Part shown: piece by piece, positions 15,037 to 28,620 of the stretch
Layout: each line of letters starts with the position of its first letter
Position numbering within the stretch: position 1 is the stretch's first letter
Assembly: GCA_951406725.2 (NCBI GenBank)
Contig: OX597835.1
Location: 7,192,001 to 7,256,000 of the forward strand
DNA: 64,000 nucleotides
Origin: Octopus vulgaris
Lineage: Eukaryota
Direction of reading: 5' to 3'
Notes under the pieces: model-generated
Database searches by the model: none
The model's input: the letters and a program-made list of their open reading frames with translations, nothing else
Told to the model about the DNA's origin: nothing
Position numbers and translations under genes: made by a program

Positions 15037-15775
15037 TAACGATTAAATAATTAAATTTAGAAAAATTAGAAGAAAAGTTTTTTTAAAAGAATATTTCTAT
15101 AGTAGTGTTCAGATTTAAGTGGCATTCTGCCTTTCTCTGACTCCCTTGTTTGCACTTGTGTGTTCGAGGTAGTTGTGAGTTCTTGGTAGGGTAGTAGAGG
15201 GAAGGCTGGTGAGGAAAGGGGGTGGGAGAATCTGGGAGTGCCCTGATGGTCGTATTTTGAATGGTCAGTGGCGGCTGGCAGTCTCAGTTCAATTCAGGAG
15301 AATATTTATATTGACAGGCTTGTTTATAGAATTAGCGTAGGTGTTATACTAAAAAACATTAGTGACAAACTTAAGGGGTAGGGGTGGAGAAGAAGAAGAA
15401 GAAGAAGAAGGAGAAGGAGAAGGAGAAGATGATGGTGATGGTGGTGATGATTATGACGACGATGATGATGATAACGATGATGATGAAGAAGAAGAAGAAG
15501 AAGAAGGAGGAGAAGGAGAAGATGGTGGTGATGATGGTGGCGATGATGATGACGCCGATGATGATGATAACGATGATGATGAAGAAGAAGAAGAAGAAAA
15601 AACAGAGAAGCGAGAATATGAATGGGTGTAAATATAGCTATGAAGGGGCTGATTAGTAATGGATTCTATGGAGTGTAGTATTTGTGTGTGTATATATATT
15701 TTTTTCTTTTATTCTAAAGTTGAGGTATATTAATTGTTTGTCGTAGACCCGTTAAGAAGTGGCTTGTATTTTGTA

Positions 15776-16151
15776 CTAATCGAGGGTTCTGAGTTCTCCT
15801 TCAAACAGGGACAACGGTTTACAGTGAAAAGCAACTTCACATGTGCTTCGGAGAACCTAATATACTCACTAACCTGCTCCGGGTGTCAAAGAGCAGTACA
15901 TAGGCCAAACAAAAAATGGTTTGCGTAAACGAATGGCCCTGCACAGATCCCAGATAAAAATTCCCCAAAACAGAAAAATAGCTTTTAGCCAACACATAGA
16001 TACTTGCGCCAACAAAAAAACACCAAACTTCAGAATTTTCCCCCTCTACCAATTTAGGGACAATACAACCTCGAGACAAAGAATAAGTAAAGAAAATCTC
16101 TTTATTACAAAATACAAGCCACTTCTTAACGGGTCTACGACAAACAATTAA
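15776..16151 (+). pseudogene. GIY-YIG endonuclease C-terminal domain of a Penelope-like element, frameshifted near 15890
   Basis: FTCASENLIYSLTCSGCQ / EQYIGQTKNGLRKRMALHRSQI..FSQHI..KENLFITKYKPLLN: LIY..YIG, CxxC, two His, and the conserved R, E and N. Confidence 0.85.
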
Positions 16152-16857
16152 TATACCTCAACTTTAGAATAAAAGAAAAAAATATATATACACACACAAA
16201 TACTACACTCCATAGAATCCATTACTAATCAGCCCCTTCATAGCTATATTTACACCCATTCATATTCTCCCTTCTCTGTTTTTTTCTTCTTCTTCTTCAT
16301 CATCATCGTTATCATCATCATCGGCGTCATCATCATCGCCACCATCATCACCACCATCTTCTCCTTCTCCTCCTTCTTCTTCTTCTTCTTCTTCTTCTTC
16401 ATCATCATCGTTATCATCATCATCGTCGTCATAATCATCACCACCATCACCATCATCTTCTCCTTCTCCTTCTCTTCTTCTTCTTCTTCTTCTTCTTCTT
16501 CTTCTCCACCCCCTACCCCTTAAGTTTGTCACTAATGTTTTTTAGTATAACACCTACGCTAATTCTATAAACAAGCCTGTCAATATAAATATTCTCCTGA
16601 ATTGAACTGAGACTGCCAGCCGCCACTGACCATTCAAAATACGACCATCAGGGCACTCCCAGATTCTCCCACCCCCTTTCCTCACCAGCCTTCCCTCTAC
16701 TACCCTACCAAGAACTCACAACTACCTCGAACACACAAGTGCAAACAAGGGAGTCAGAGAAAGGCAGAATGCCACTTAAATCTGAACACTACTATAGAAA
16801 TATTCTTTTAAAAAAACTTTTCTTCTAATTTTTCTAAATTTAATTATTTAATCGTTA

Positions 16858-16895
16858 CAGTTGAAAAGGTCTCAAAATGACCGAAACCGGTACTG
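16858..16895 (+). ncRNA. Hammerhead-like motif (U3-A8 variant), right arm
   Basis: CAG-TTGAAAA-GGTC-TCAAAAT-GACC-GAAA-CCGG-TA-CTG. Confidence 0.65.
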
Positions 16896-16995
16896 AAATG
16901 TTCACTATAAAATTATTTTAGCATTTTCTATTTTTTACTTGTTTTTTCATATATATATATATATATACATATGTGTGTGTGAGTGTGTGTGTGTG

Positions 16996-17230
16996 TGTGT
17001 TTGTGTGTGTGTATCTGTGCGTGGCTTTGCCTCTGTGATTGTCCCTCCACCACCCATGACATCCTGGTGTGTGCGCGTCCCTGTAAGCGAGCGGTTCGGC
17101 AAAGCAGACCAATAGAATAAGTACCAGGCTTTGAAAAAATATCAGTGCTGGTGTCGGTTCATTCGACGACAATTTCAAGTCCGTGCCTCAGCTTGGCCTC
17201 AGCCTAATGATTGAAGCAAGTAAAAGAATA
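16996..17230 (+). mobile_element. SINE family B, 3' half
   Basis: GCGGTTCGGCAAA..ATAGAATAAGTAC..TGAAGCAAGTAAAAGA tail. Confidence 0.75.
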
Positions 17231-17406
17231 GAGGAACATAGGAATATGGTCAAATCGAACATTAAGAAAGTTGAACATCAACAATCGAACATTAAGAACA
17301 ACAATAACCAGACAACAGGAGAACGTACATATGCGGGATTCTAACGTTTCGTGCATAGCTCTTCGTCGGAAAGAGGAGACAGAAAAAGTTTGACGAACTG
17401 TACAGA

Positions 17407-17903
17407 CGGCGAGCTGGCATAATCGTTAATACGCCGAACAAAAATGACAATCTTCTTTACGTTCCAAGTTCAAATTTCACCGCTGAAGTCAAGTCTGCCT
17501 TTCATTGTTTCGGGGCCGATTAAACAAGTACGAGTTCAGCACTTTGTGAGTTCAAATTCCGTCGAGGTCGAATTTTCTCTTCGTCCTTCCGGGGTCGGTA
17601 ACATAAGTATAAGCTGCGTACTCTACTTTCCCATCTCGCCCAAAAATGCTGACCGTTTCCCAAAATTTGAAACCGTTATTATTCAAGACAGCGAGCTGGC
17701 AGAATTTTTAGCACACGGGGTAGAATGGTTAGAGACAATTGGTCCGTCTTTACGTTCGGAGTCCAATGTCCGCCGCGATTGGCTTTGCCTTTTATCCTTT
17801 CCGGGGGAGATAGGGGTCAATAAATTAAGTACCAATTGTGGACTGGTGTCGGTATAATCCACTTATCCTCTCCCTCCGGAAATGCTGGCGTTGTGCCAAA
17901 ATT

Positions 17904-17905
<2 letters not shown>
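17407..17905 (+). mobile_element. Cluster of degenerate SINE family A copies
   Basis: GCGAGCTGGCA heads near 17408 and 17690; repeated GTTCAAATT and GGGG.CG.TAAA..AAGTA segments. Confidence 0.7.
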
Positions 17906-17963
<58 letters not shown>

Positions 17964-17974
17964 TGTATATATAA

Positions 17975-18026
<52 letters not shown>

Positions 18027-18029
18027 AAT

Positions 18030-18240
18030 CCAAACGGGAAACAAAAAAACAACAACAAGGGAACAATTACAGTATTATTATTAATAGGCGCTCAGGAAAT
18101 GGAAGCAGGGAGGTATGACGTTTCGAGCGGAGCTCTTCGTCGGAAACATAAAAGAAGGAAGAGAGAGGAAAGAAAGATCCCGGAGCGGGCAACGGAGATA
18201 GAGAAAAAAACGGCTGGTGTTAGCAGTAGCACATGGTGAA
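18030..18240 (-). mobile_element. Short hammerhead-like element between (TA)n tracts; relatives at 17300-17400, 48520-48800 and 56581-56762
   Basis: Minus strand TTT-CCGACGA-A-GAGC-TCC-GCTC-GAAA-CG-TC at about 18117-18146. Confidence 0.6.
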
Positions 18241-18269
18241 ATATATATATACATACATATATATATATA

Positions 18270-18294
18270 AATATACGTATAAAGCTGAAGTTGT

Positions 18295-18334
<40 letters not shown>

Positions 18335-18738
18335 CAGGTTTGGTTGCCTTCAACTAACACTATCTCCTCCGGAAACATGCGGTGTAAGTTGACTAAGATT
18401 GAGAGTTTGATAGAAGAAGGCTTGCTCTTCATCCCGTACAAGAAAAATTCAAATCGGACCATATTAAGACCAAAAATTATTTAAATAAAAAAAGGTGCTT
18501 TTCTTCTATGAAAATCCCTATTTTTTTACGATTCTTTGACTGCTGTGTCGCCATTTTTCGGCGTATTTCAACCAGAAAAAAATTTCACTTAAAGAGAATA
18601 ACAAGCTACATAATGCAAACTTTTTATTTTTCAAAAAAGATCGGAACTATGTCAAAACTTTGTTAACGCGACATCAAAGTCTGCTGTTTTAAGTGCAATT
18701 AAAAACCAAACCCGAGCAATGACGGGCTATACCGCTAG
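18270..18738 (+). mobile_element. Non-autonomous Helitron-like element
   Basis: 3' hairpin CCCG-AGCAATGA-CGGG followed 8 nt later by CTAG|T; TATAAAG..(TG)n 5' region; no TIRs. The 5' boundary is uncertain. Confidence 0.6.
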
Positions 18739-18769
<31 letters not shown>

Positions 18770-19154
18770 TTATATGTGTGTGTGTATTAAGTTTCTTCAG
18801 CTTCAATAAAATATTTTTGTACGTGTGTCTGTATGTATAAGGTTTCTGCGAACGGGTAGATAAGTGTAGAATGTTACATAATGCCGGTGAAATAGTAGTG
18901 CACTGATGGCGCTGCCTTGGCGACCGCTCAAGTGTGGTTATTGCAGCTGCAGTGGACATTGTTAATGGCGTCGGATAATGGTTTACAAGTGACAAATTTA
19001 CGATAGAGTTTGACCAGTGTTTTGAGGATATCTGTTCGTGACAGATGAATTGCAACAGAAAGAGAGAGGGGCAGAGAGAAGAAGGAGAGAGACGAAACGG
19101 TAAAGAGTGAGAGAGAGATAAATGGGGGAAAACGAGAGAGATAGAACGGTAAAT

Positions 19155-19194
<40 letters not shown>

Positions 19195-19726
19195 GGAGAG
19201 AGAGAGAGAGAGAAACATTCTGCTGTGGGATCTGATTAATAAAACTATGGAAATAAATAGTAAAAAGCAAAACAATGAAAAACCGAAAGAAGGAATGAAA
19301 GAAAATAATAAAAGACACGGATGAAGATAGAAAGGGAAGATCAACAAGAAATAAAAGAAAGGGATGAAGGAAGGAATATTTAATGATTGTGCTTCTGTTT
19401 TAGTTTTGTGATTTGTTTCAGAATCTGTAGAATGTGACAGAAGAGAGAATATTTTACGAAACGACGCTTAATGAGGTTCTAACTTAGTGAACATGACACA
19501 CATACGCAGACAGACACACAGACACACACACATAGACATGTGCACTCGCGCGCGTGCACACACTCGCACACGCACACAAACATACATTCTCTCTCTCTCT
19601 CTCTTTCTCTCTCTCTCACACTCACACACACACATACACACACATATACATACAGACACACACACACACACACGCACTCATATACAGATAGAAAGAGTGA
19701 GCGGTGCAGCATTTCGAAAAAACGAG

Positions 19727-19784
<58 letters not shown>

Positions 19785-19809
19785 CAACAACAACAATGAT
19801 AATAATAAC

Positions 19810-19853
<44 letters not shown>

Positions 19854-19941
19854 TAACAACAACAACAACAACAAGGATAATAATAACAATAATAATAATA
19901 ATAATAATAATAACAACAATGATAACAATAACAATAATAAC

Positions 19942-19994
<53 letters not shown>

Positions 19995-20031
19995 TAACAA
20001 CAACAACAACAACAACAAGGATAATAATAAC

Positions 20032-20069
<38 letters not shown>

Positions 20070-20106
20070 TAACAACAACAACAACAACAACAAGGATAAT
20101 AATAAC

Positions 20107-20144
<38 letters not shown>

Positions 20145-20170
20145 TAACAACAACAACAACAACAACAAGG

Positions 20171-20222
<52 letters not shown>

Positions 20223-20245
20223 TAACAACAACAACAACAACAAGG

Positions 20246-20309
<64 letters not shown>
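19727..20309. repeat. (AAT/AAC)n tract with higher-order units marked by AACAAGGAT
   Basis: Markers near 19870, 20014, 20089, 20164 and 20239. Confidence 0.9.
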
Positions 20310-20493
20310 GGGCCCCACCTGCAAGGTCATGTGCTGTTTATCTTGATATGAGATCACCATGTCGCGCACATATGGTTGTGATGCATGTGCCTGGTGTACC
20401 CTTATCAGACGGGTAGTCATGATGGGTATGCTGGGCTTCGTATATTTTACCCCAGTATCACTTTGATAGCATGCACTGCTCTCTCACTCACTC
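20310..20493 (+). mobile_element. Truncated copy of the (TAA)n-embedded element
   Basis: Reverse complement of the first ~180 bp of 44436-44928; (AAT)n on both sides. Confidence 0.9.
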
Positions 20494-20604
<111 letters not shown>

Positions 20605-21011
20605 AAGAAGAAGAAGAAGAAGAAGAAGGAGGAGAAGAAGAAGAAGAAGAAGAAGAAGAAGAAGAAGAAGAAGAAGAAGAAGAAGAAAAAAAGAAGAAGA
20701 AGAAGAAGAAGAAGAAGAAGAAGAAGAAGAAGAAGAAGAAGAAGAAGAAGAAGAAGAAGAAGAAGAAGAAGAAAGGCGAAATGAAGATGCCATGATTAAA
20801 TTTTTATCAGACCCGACCTTCCAAACGAGACGGATATTACTGCAGAAGGCGATGGAGACGATGTTGTTTGGAAAGTGCAACTTGAAAAGAAGATACAAGA
20901 TGAAGCTGACGATACTGATCCACCACAAACTGCTGAAAATCAAAACTCCTAACATAAATTTGAAAGACATAGGGATGTGGTTTGCTAAGTTTAATCACGG
21001 TGACGGTATTC

Positions 21012-21614
21012 GGCGGCGAGCTGGCAGAAACGTTAGCACGCCGGGCGAAATGCTTAGCGGTATTTCGTCTGCCGTTACGTTGTGAGTTCAAATTCCGCCG
21101 AGGTCGACTTTGCCTTTCATCCTTTCGGGGTCGATAAATTAAGTACCAGTTACGCACTGGGTTCGACGTAATCGACTTAATACCTATGTCTGTCCTTGTT
21201 TGTCCCCTCTGTGTTTAGCTCCTTGTGGGTAATAAAGAAATAGGTATTTCGTCTGCGTTACGTTGTGAGTTCAAATTCCGCCGAGGTTGACTTTGCCTTT
21301 CATCCTTTCGGGGTCGATAAATTAAGTACCAGTTACGCACTGGGTTCGACGTAATCGACTTAATACCTATGTCTGTCCTTGTTTGTCCCCTCTGTGTTTA
21401 GCTCCTTGTGGGTAATAAAGAAATAGGTATTTCGTCTGCGTTACGTTGTGAGTTCAAATTCCGCCGAGGTTGACTTTGCCTTTCATCCTTTCGGGGTCGA
21501 TAAATTAAGTACCAGTTACGCACTGGGTTCGACGTAATCGACTTAATACCTATGTCTGTCCTTGTTTGTCCCCTCTGTGTTTAGCCCCTTGTGGGTAATA
21601 AAGAAATAGGTATT
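21012..21614 (+). mobile_element. SINE family A: one head plus three tandem ~183-bp bodies
   Basis: GGCGAGCTGGCAGAAACGTTAG A-box-like head, GAGTTCAAATTCC B-box; GGTATT junctions at 21059, 21243, 21426 and 21609. Confidence 0.9.
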
Positions 21615-22036
21615 CAGGAGATCCTTGTATTACAAGGATGGAAGGCTGTGCAAAATATTGAATGTTAATTCACAGAAGTTGTACGTCGACGATAAATAAC
21701 AAAACTGAAAGAGGAGACTAGAAGGCTGCCAAGAAACTGTGTTTTTCGAACTTTACGAAACGGGGTAAAAAAACCTTGGGAACTTGGATGATATACTCTC
21801 CATCGAATGAAGCCGTGTTTTGTTTTTGCTGCAAGCTATTTTTGCTTTCAAATCTTGGAAGTTGAATCCTAAGATAGAAGAACATGGAGTTTTTAAGCCT
21901 TTTGACCATAAGAGAGAATTTCTTCTCCATGGTAACCACAGTGAATTTACCATTATATGTTGGAATATGTCAAACATATGTTAACTAAGCTGAAGTTTGC
22001 TTATGCCCAGACACTGCTTGGTGATGATATTGCCGA

Positions 22037-22116
<80 letters not shown>

Positions 22117-22815
22117 TATATGTGTGTTGAAAGATAGATGCAGAGAACGAGAGAGACAGACAGATAGAGACAGAGAAAGACAGAAGGGGACAGAGATCGA
22201 CAAAGATAGATAGAAAAATATACGTATATATAACTATATGTATATTTATATATTTATTTGTTTGTTGCATACATACATACATACATACATACATACATAC
22301 ATACATACATACATACATACATACTTGCATGTATACATACATAGACATTCACATACGGAGAAAGATATGAAAATGTCCACTGGTCGTCTGCAGACCAACG
22401 CAGTTTGTTCTTCAGCAGCTGGTCGTGTCATCCAAACTACAATAAGCAGTGCAAATATAAAGAGATGAAACGAGATAAAAAGGGAGATAGAACGAAGATA
22501 GAGAACAAGACGAAATAATAATTGAGTTGAAAATAGTGTAACTGAAAACGTAGTAGCGTAATGGACATTTGCACAGATAAAGAAAAGATACTTCGAAAGA
22601 AAGCAGCCGAATGGACTCTCTGTGTGAAATGAATAAAAGTAGACTGGTAGTTTTATTCATACGTTATGTTGAACGTAGTTTTACTGGAGGCAAGACTAGC
22701 AAAATCAAATATCTAGATAGTTATGAGGTGGTAGAGAAAATTGATGAAGGACGGATGTAAGGGCTTTGTCTGTATGTTTTATTTTATGTAGTTTTCCCAC
22801 TTTCGGTCTCTGGCT

Positions 22816-23131
22816 TTAACTCCTCACCCGGCAGAAACGAATATATTCGTTTTGACCGAAATCGTTTTTTTCTATCTCTGGCGAGTTAACTCGTCAAAAG
22901 ATAGACTCGCCAAAATCGACAGCAAACGAGTTCCTTCGTCTAAAAACGGGTTAACTCGTTTCTGCCCAAAGCGGTAATTTAAAATCAATATTATTGAATT
23001 AAAATTCATAATAAATAAGGTTTGAAATATACCTCGAAATCACCATTCAAAACATAGTAAAACAAAACAATTAAAAAATATGTCTGAAAAAATACATTTA
23101 TTTTCAAAATAATTGTTGGGTAAGGGGTTAA
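22816..23131. mobile_element. piggyBac-like MITE
   Basis: TTAA-CTCCTCACCCGGCA ... TGTTGGGTAAGGGG-TTAA imperfect TIRs. Confidence 0.6.
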
Positions 23132-24006
23132 TTTCAATCTTACGTGTTTGGATATAAACGACCCCGAATGGATTAAAGGTAATGTGGACGTCGGCGGAAT
23201 TTGAACTCAGAAAGTAAAGATGGACGAAATGCCGCTAAACACATAACCCGTCGCGTTAACGAACTTCCCAGTAAGCCATCTTAAAATGCTGTAAAATATT
23301 ACGCAGTAAAATATTATAAAATGGAATATACTTGAAAGATGCACTCATACACAAATGGATTCGTCAACAATGTAATGCCGAGAAAGCAATTCTTTTTTCT
23401 ATTTAAATGTCAGATCAGATGTTTCCAATAAATTCCTATTGACTGGTTGATGAAAAACACAGCAATTTCTAGAAAGATCTCAAAACAGTTGTTTATCGCA
23501 TAGACATACATTCGTATAAGTCTTTCTTTATCGCCACCAAATTCGACATTTATTTGTATATTGCCTTTATCAAACTGACGTACTGACATTGCATAAAACA
23601 GCGAAGAGAGGTTATTTTATTAACTTAGTACAACACGAGAAGTTGTTTAGTTAACTTAATACAATAAGAGCAAAGTTTTTTATTAACTTAACACCCTAAT
23701 TTGACATAATGAAATGAATTTTAGGTCGTATTACGTCTTTGCAAAAACGGATTTTCTCGGATACTAAATAATCCTAAAATACTAACTTGCTTATCTCTCA
23801 GTTTCATACGTACACACGCACACACACACAGACACACATACACACACACACACACGCTGATAAAACGGTTTATTGCCATACATGTATTTTGAAAGACATT
23901 ACGTCGTTAGCCATATTTTATTCATAACTTATTCTTATTCACGGTTAAAAACTCTCCGTTCAGTCAAAACATGTATATAAGAAACTTTGCCTATTTATTA
24001 TTCAAA

Positions 24007-24292
24007 TGCCTTGTGAGTGGATTTGGTAGACGGAAACTGAAAGAAGCCTGTCGTATATATGTGTATATATGTGTATGTGTGTGTGTTTGTCCCCCTAGCA
24101 TTGCTTGACAACCGATGCTGGTGTGTTTACGTCCCCGTCACTTAGCCGTTCGGCAAAAGAGACCGATAGAATAAGTACTGAGCTTACAAAGAATAAGTCC
24201 CGGGGACGATTTGATCGACTAAAAGGCGGTGCTCCAGCATGGCCGCAGTCAAATGACTGAAACAAGTAAAAGAGTAAAAGAGTAAAAGAGTA
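24007..24292 (+). mobile_element. SINE family B, 5'-truncated, with (GTAAAAGA)n tail
   Basis: Highly similar to the reverse complement of 27003-27300. Confidence 0.9.
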
Positions 24293-24397
24293 AGGGAGTT
24301 TATTGTACGTTGTTTATCGTCTGCAGTTTATTACGGATTCCACCCGAAGATAAAAAAAATAAAAGCATGAACTAATGGACAGGTGATGTTTATCACT

Positions 24398-24471
<74 letters not shown>

Positions 24472-24739
24472 TAACTGGGGAGTATTGCTCACTTATATTT
24501 TATTCACTTGTCTCGGAATCTGGCTTTCGTAAATATTATGGGCCGTATATTCAATATAATATACATGTCTGAATCGCACAAGAGCAGTTATCTTCATTCA
24601 GCTGGATATAATAATCTACATACGCTGCATGAACACCATTCGGTCGTTACTTATGTAGAAAGTTTCATATTTACATAATATTGTTATGTGTGTATATTAT
24701 TCCGACCTAAGGAGGAGCCTCAATTTAAGTACTTACCTA

Positions 24740-24796
<57 letters not shown>

Positions 24797-25481
24797 GTAA
24801 TAACAGTAGGGAATATAACTCCAAACTTACAGGGAAAAATTCAATTTAGCAATTCTAAATCAAGTTTTAGATGATATTTATAGAATCGTAATCTACAGCA
24901 GTTGAAAGGTATTTGTAGAAAATTTCACTAGAAAATACCTATTTTTCTAATAGTTATGAGGAAAAGAAGTTGTAACAGGGAGAGCACATTTGTGTAGGTA
25001 TGTCTTCCATGTTTAAAAGGAAAGAGCAGTCAAAAACCCGCGTTGTCGGTAATCTTAAGAACTTGGGCGGCTTTAAGTGTAACGTTTAAAAAAATTCACA
25101 AGGTGGATGAAATGCAGCTGTGGGAATAGTGTTTATATACAATATGTAATATAAAGTCAATAGTTTAAATACAGCATAAACATTTTAAGTTCCTTAATAT
25201 AACTAAGGAAAGGCTTGCCTTGTGCAAAAAATTGACACTCCCCCAAAAATGCTAAGCTAAGGCAAAGAGAGAGAGAGAGAGACCACACGACATCATTAGC
25301 AATGATTTTAGTGCGTTTTTACAACAAATTAACGTTGAATGGAGGATGGGTTGTTTAGAGAAAGTCCGAACCAATTCCCAAAACAAAGTATAAATATTTA
25401 TAATATTAATGATATATATACACACACATCATACATACACACACATGCACACACTAATGCCTATTGTGAAACGCACAGGCA

Positions 25482-25515
<34 letters not shown>

Positions 25516-25541
25516 TAGATATATACACTCACACATATATA

Positions 25542-25586
<45 letters not shown>

Positions 25587-25687
25587 ATCGATATATATGT
25601 ATAGGTGTATATGTGTGTGTATGCATATATATACATATATGGATATATATATATATATATATAAAATATGGGGGGTTTAGTTTATGC

Positions 25688-25848
25688 GACGAGCCTCTTT
25701 CAGTTTCCGTCAACCAAATCCACACACAAGGCTTTGCTGAGCCCGTGGCTATAGTAGAAGACACTTGCCCATAGTGCCAAGCAGTGGGACTGAACCCGGA
25801 AACATGTGGTTGGTAAGCAAGATACTTACCACACAGGGACTCCTGCGC

Positions 25849-25851
<3 letters not shown>
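25688..25851 (-). mobile_element. SINE family B head
   Basis: Minus GGCGCAGGAGT..TGTGTGGTAAG..CCGGGTTCAGTCCCACTGC. Confidence 0.8.
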
Positions 25852-25903
<52 letters not shown>

Positions 25904-27002
25904 TCATACATATACACACTCACAGTTATACACAGCTAGAAACATCATTCTTTAACCTTTTTAACCAGCTCTGAAAGGATTATTAAACGCAAAGATGACT
26001 GCAGCGTGATTTGAACTGAAATACAGAGAGTTGAAACAAATACCGCGTGGTATTTTTCCTACGATCTAACGATTCTCGCATTTTTCTTTCTGAAAGTAAC
26101 ACCTCTAAAACAATTATGAAATATTTTGCAGCCACAAAAACGACCGACAAAATATGCAGAATGCATAATTGTAAATGCTAATTGAAGCTTCATTTTGTGC
26201 TAAATGCTTAAGACTGTATTATAGAATTTTAGAATATCTACTTCTTCAGTGACCGATTCCAAAGACGAAAAAGAAATATAAACTTTTAGATTTCGATGTT
26301 TAACATACTCGATATGTTATTGCTTTTTCCTGATTCAAAGAGGAAATTAGATTAAGATGAAATCAATTGTTAAATAGAACTGTACCGAAACAATTATTTC
26401 CTGGATTTTCGAAGAAATTTGTTTTTCTATTCCTATTTTTAAAATTTTATTTTCATTTCATTTATTTATTTCTTTATTGCTGAATCAGAACAGAAGCCTC
26501 CTTTGCAAATCTTTAAAACCACGGTTTGTAAAAAGTTAAGAAGAGGTATTGTTATATATTTTTTATTCCTTTTCTTTTATTTGTTTCATATTTCGTCGAT
26601 GGAGAACAATATGATCGTTAGATCAATTTTTTCCTGTTTTTTTTTTACGCTACACTAGTAAACTCGATGTATACTTAACTTTTCAAAAGCAGATGGTATT
26701 TGCAGGAGAAAAAATAGTTTTATATAACAACACGTCAACAAAATGTGTACTGAAGAATAAACAGAAAACGTTGTATAATAACAAGAGGAACGATAACATC
26801 AACAACCTCATCGACCATAGCAGTGATGAGAGCAAGAAGTACATCAACAAAGCTGATGATAATCTATACGAAAACCAAGTACGAATCAATAAAAATATTA
26901 CTGTCACTGACATGGTGGCAGAACCTTTAGCATGCCAGCTAGAAATGTGCCGCGTATGATTTCTTTGCAACTTGGGTTCGAATCCTCTCGGCACCACATT
27001 CG

Positions 27003-27415
27003 TTTACTCTTTTACTTGTTTCAGTCATTTGACTGCGGCCATGCTGGAGCACCGCCTTTAGTCGAGCAAATTGACCCCGAGACTTATTCTTTGTAAGCCC
27101 AGTACTTATTCTATCGGTCTCTTTTGCCGAACCGCTAAGTGACGGGGACGTAAACACACCAGCATCGGTTGTCAAGCAATGCTAGGGTGACAAACACAGA
27201 CACACAAACACACACACACATATATATATATATATACATATATATACATATATACGACAGGCTTCTTTTCAGTTTCCGTCTACCAAATCCACTCACAAGG
27301 CATTGGTCGGCCCGGGGCTATAGCAGAAGACACCTGCCCAAGATGCCATGCAGTGGGACTGAACCCGCAACCATGTGGTTGGTTAGCAAGCTACTTACCA
27401 CACAGCCACTCCTGC
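27003..27415 (-). mobile_element. SINE family B, near full length
   Basis: tRNA-like A/B boxes, CTTGGGCA segment, internal (TA)/(TG) tract, stem-loop tail. Confidence 0.9.
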
Positions 27416-27536
27416 TTCATTTCTTTCTTCTTTTTTTTTAAGGTGAGAGCCCATAAAAATAAATGGTATCGGCTAAACCTCTTCTCAAAATGGTTAACCT
27501 TGTACCCAAATCAAAACTATTCTTACAATTATTAGG

Positions 27537-27745
27537 GAGGCGACGAGTGGGATAGAATCGTTAGCGGATCAGACAAAATGTTTAGCGGTATTTCTTTTGG
27601 CTCCAGATGTTCTGAGTTCAAATTCCGCCGATGTCGACTTTGCGTTTCATTCGTTTTCGGGGTCGATAAAATAAGTACCAGTTGGATACTAGAATCGACT
27701 TAGCCCCTGCCCCAACAAGTTCAGGCCTTGTGCCTATAATAGAAT
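27537..27745 (+). mobile_element. SINE family A, older variant with different tail
   Basis: Head, B-box and core are similar to 21012-21160. Confidence 0.75.
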
Positions 27746-27968
27746 TTCCCGAGTATTTCGTTGAGTATTCTTCAGATACGTGTACCCTTAGAGGCAGTAT
27801 CAGAATTAAAAGTGTTTGTGACGAAGCTGTACCTCTTGTATCACGAGTACAATCTCCTCAATGGCACCCAGCCACAAGATCTGAAATGGACCGAGGTTCC
27901 AGAAAATGATATTTGAATATTTGTTCAAGATTTCACGCACTGGCATCGAACCAGTGTTTTCAATCTAC

Positions 27969-28000
<32 letters not shown>

Positions 28001-28020
28001 GGGTGGAGTGCGTGTGTGTG

Positions 28021-28053
<33 letters not shown>

Positions 28054-28143
28054 GAGGGGTGAAGGAGGGAGATGAGGTAAAGAGGGATAGACGGAGAGTG
28101 ATAGACAGACACAGACAGACAGGTAGCTAGCTAGCCGCCTGGC

Positions 28144-28198
<55 letters not shown>

Positions 28199-28620
28199 AT
28201 ACATAGATGGATTGACAGAGAGACAAACAGGCAGACAAGCAGGCAGGCAGGCAACCGGACAGCCAGTCAGGCAAACAGACAGATAGACAGATACACAGAT
28301 GTTCGAGATTTTCCGACCACGCAGAACAAAACCAAAACAGTCGCAAATACATAATGCATATTGTGGGGGTAGTTATTATGTCTCAGCTTCAAAAAAAACA
28401 CTTGAAACGTTTCCATTATTGCGATGCGACCATCACCAGTAAATAACTAAAGCAGATAATCACCATTACCCAAGAAACCTAATACTAACTTACCTATTTT
28501 TACATTCTCCGTGTGTAACCTTCCTGATGTTTGGTGTTATGAAAACAAGCGCAACATATTATTTTGCCATATAAATTTATGTCGCGCGTAGGAGAAAGAT
28601 CTGATATATTCTATGCCTAT

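Larger units (their letters stand above)
14938..16956 (+). mobile_element. 5'-truncated Penelope-like retroelement with inverted pLTR arms (14938-15775 and 16106-16956)
   Basis: Near-identical inverted arms around a GIY-YIG fragment; hammerhead-like motif in each arm; both ends lie in or beside (TA)n. Confidence 0.85.

Noticed and set aside
15362-15656. Acidic D/E-rich ORF and its mirror at 16250-16532
   Set aside because: Trinucleotide repeats inside the inverted pLTR arms
21059-21614. Regularly spaced repeats as a possible CRISPR array (also 52870-53850 and 54852-54940)
   Set aside because: No unique spacers; whole units are duplicated; eukaryotic context with no cas genes
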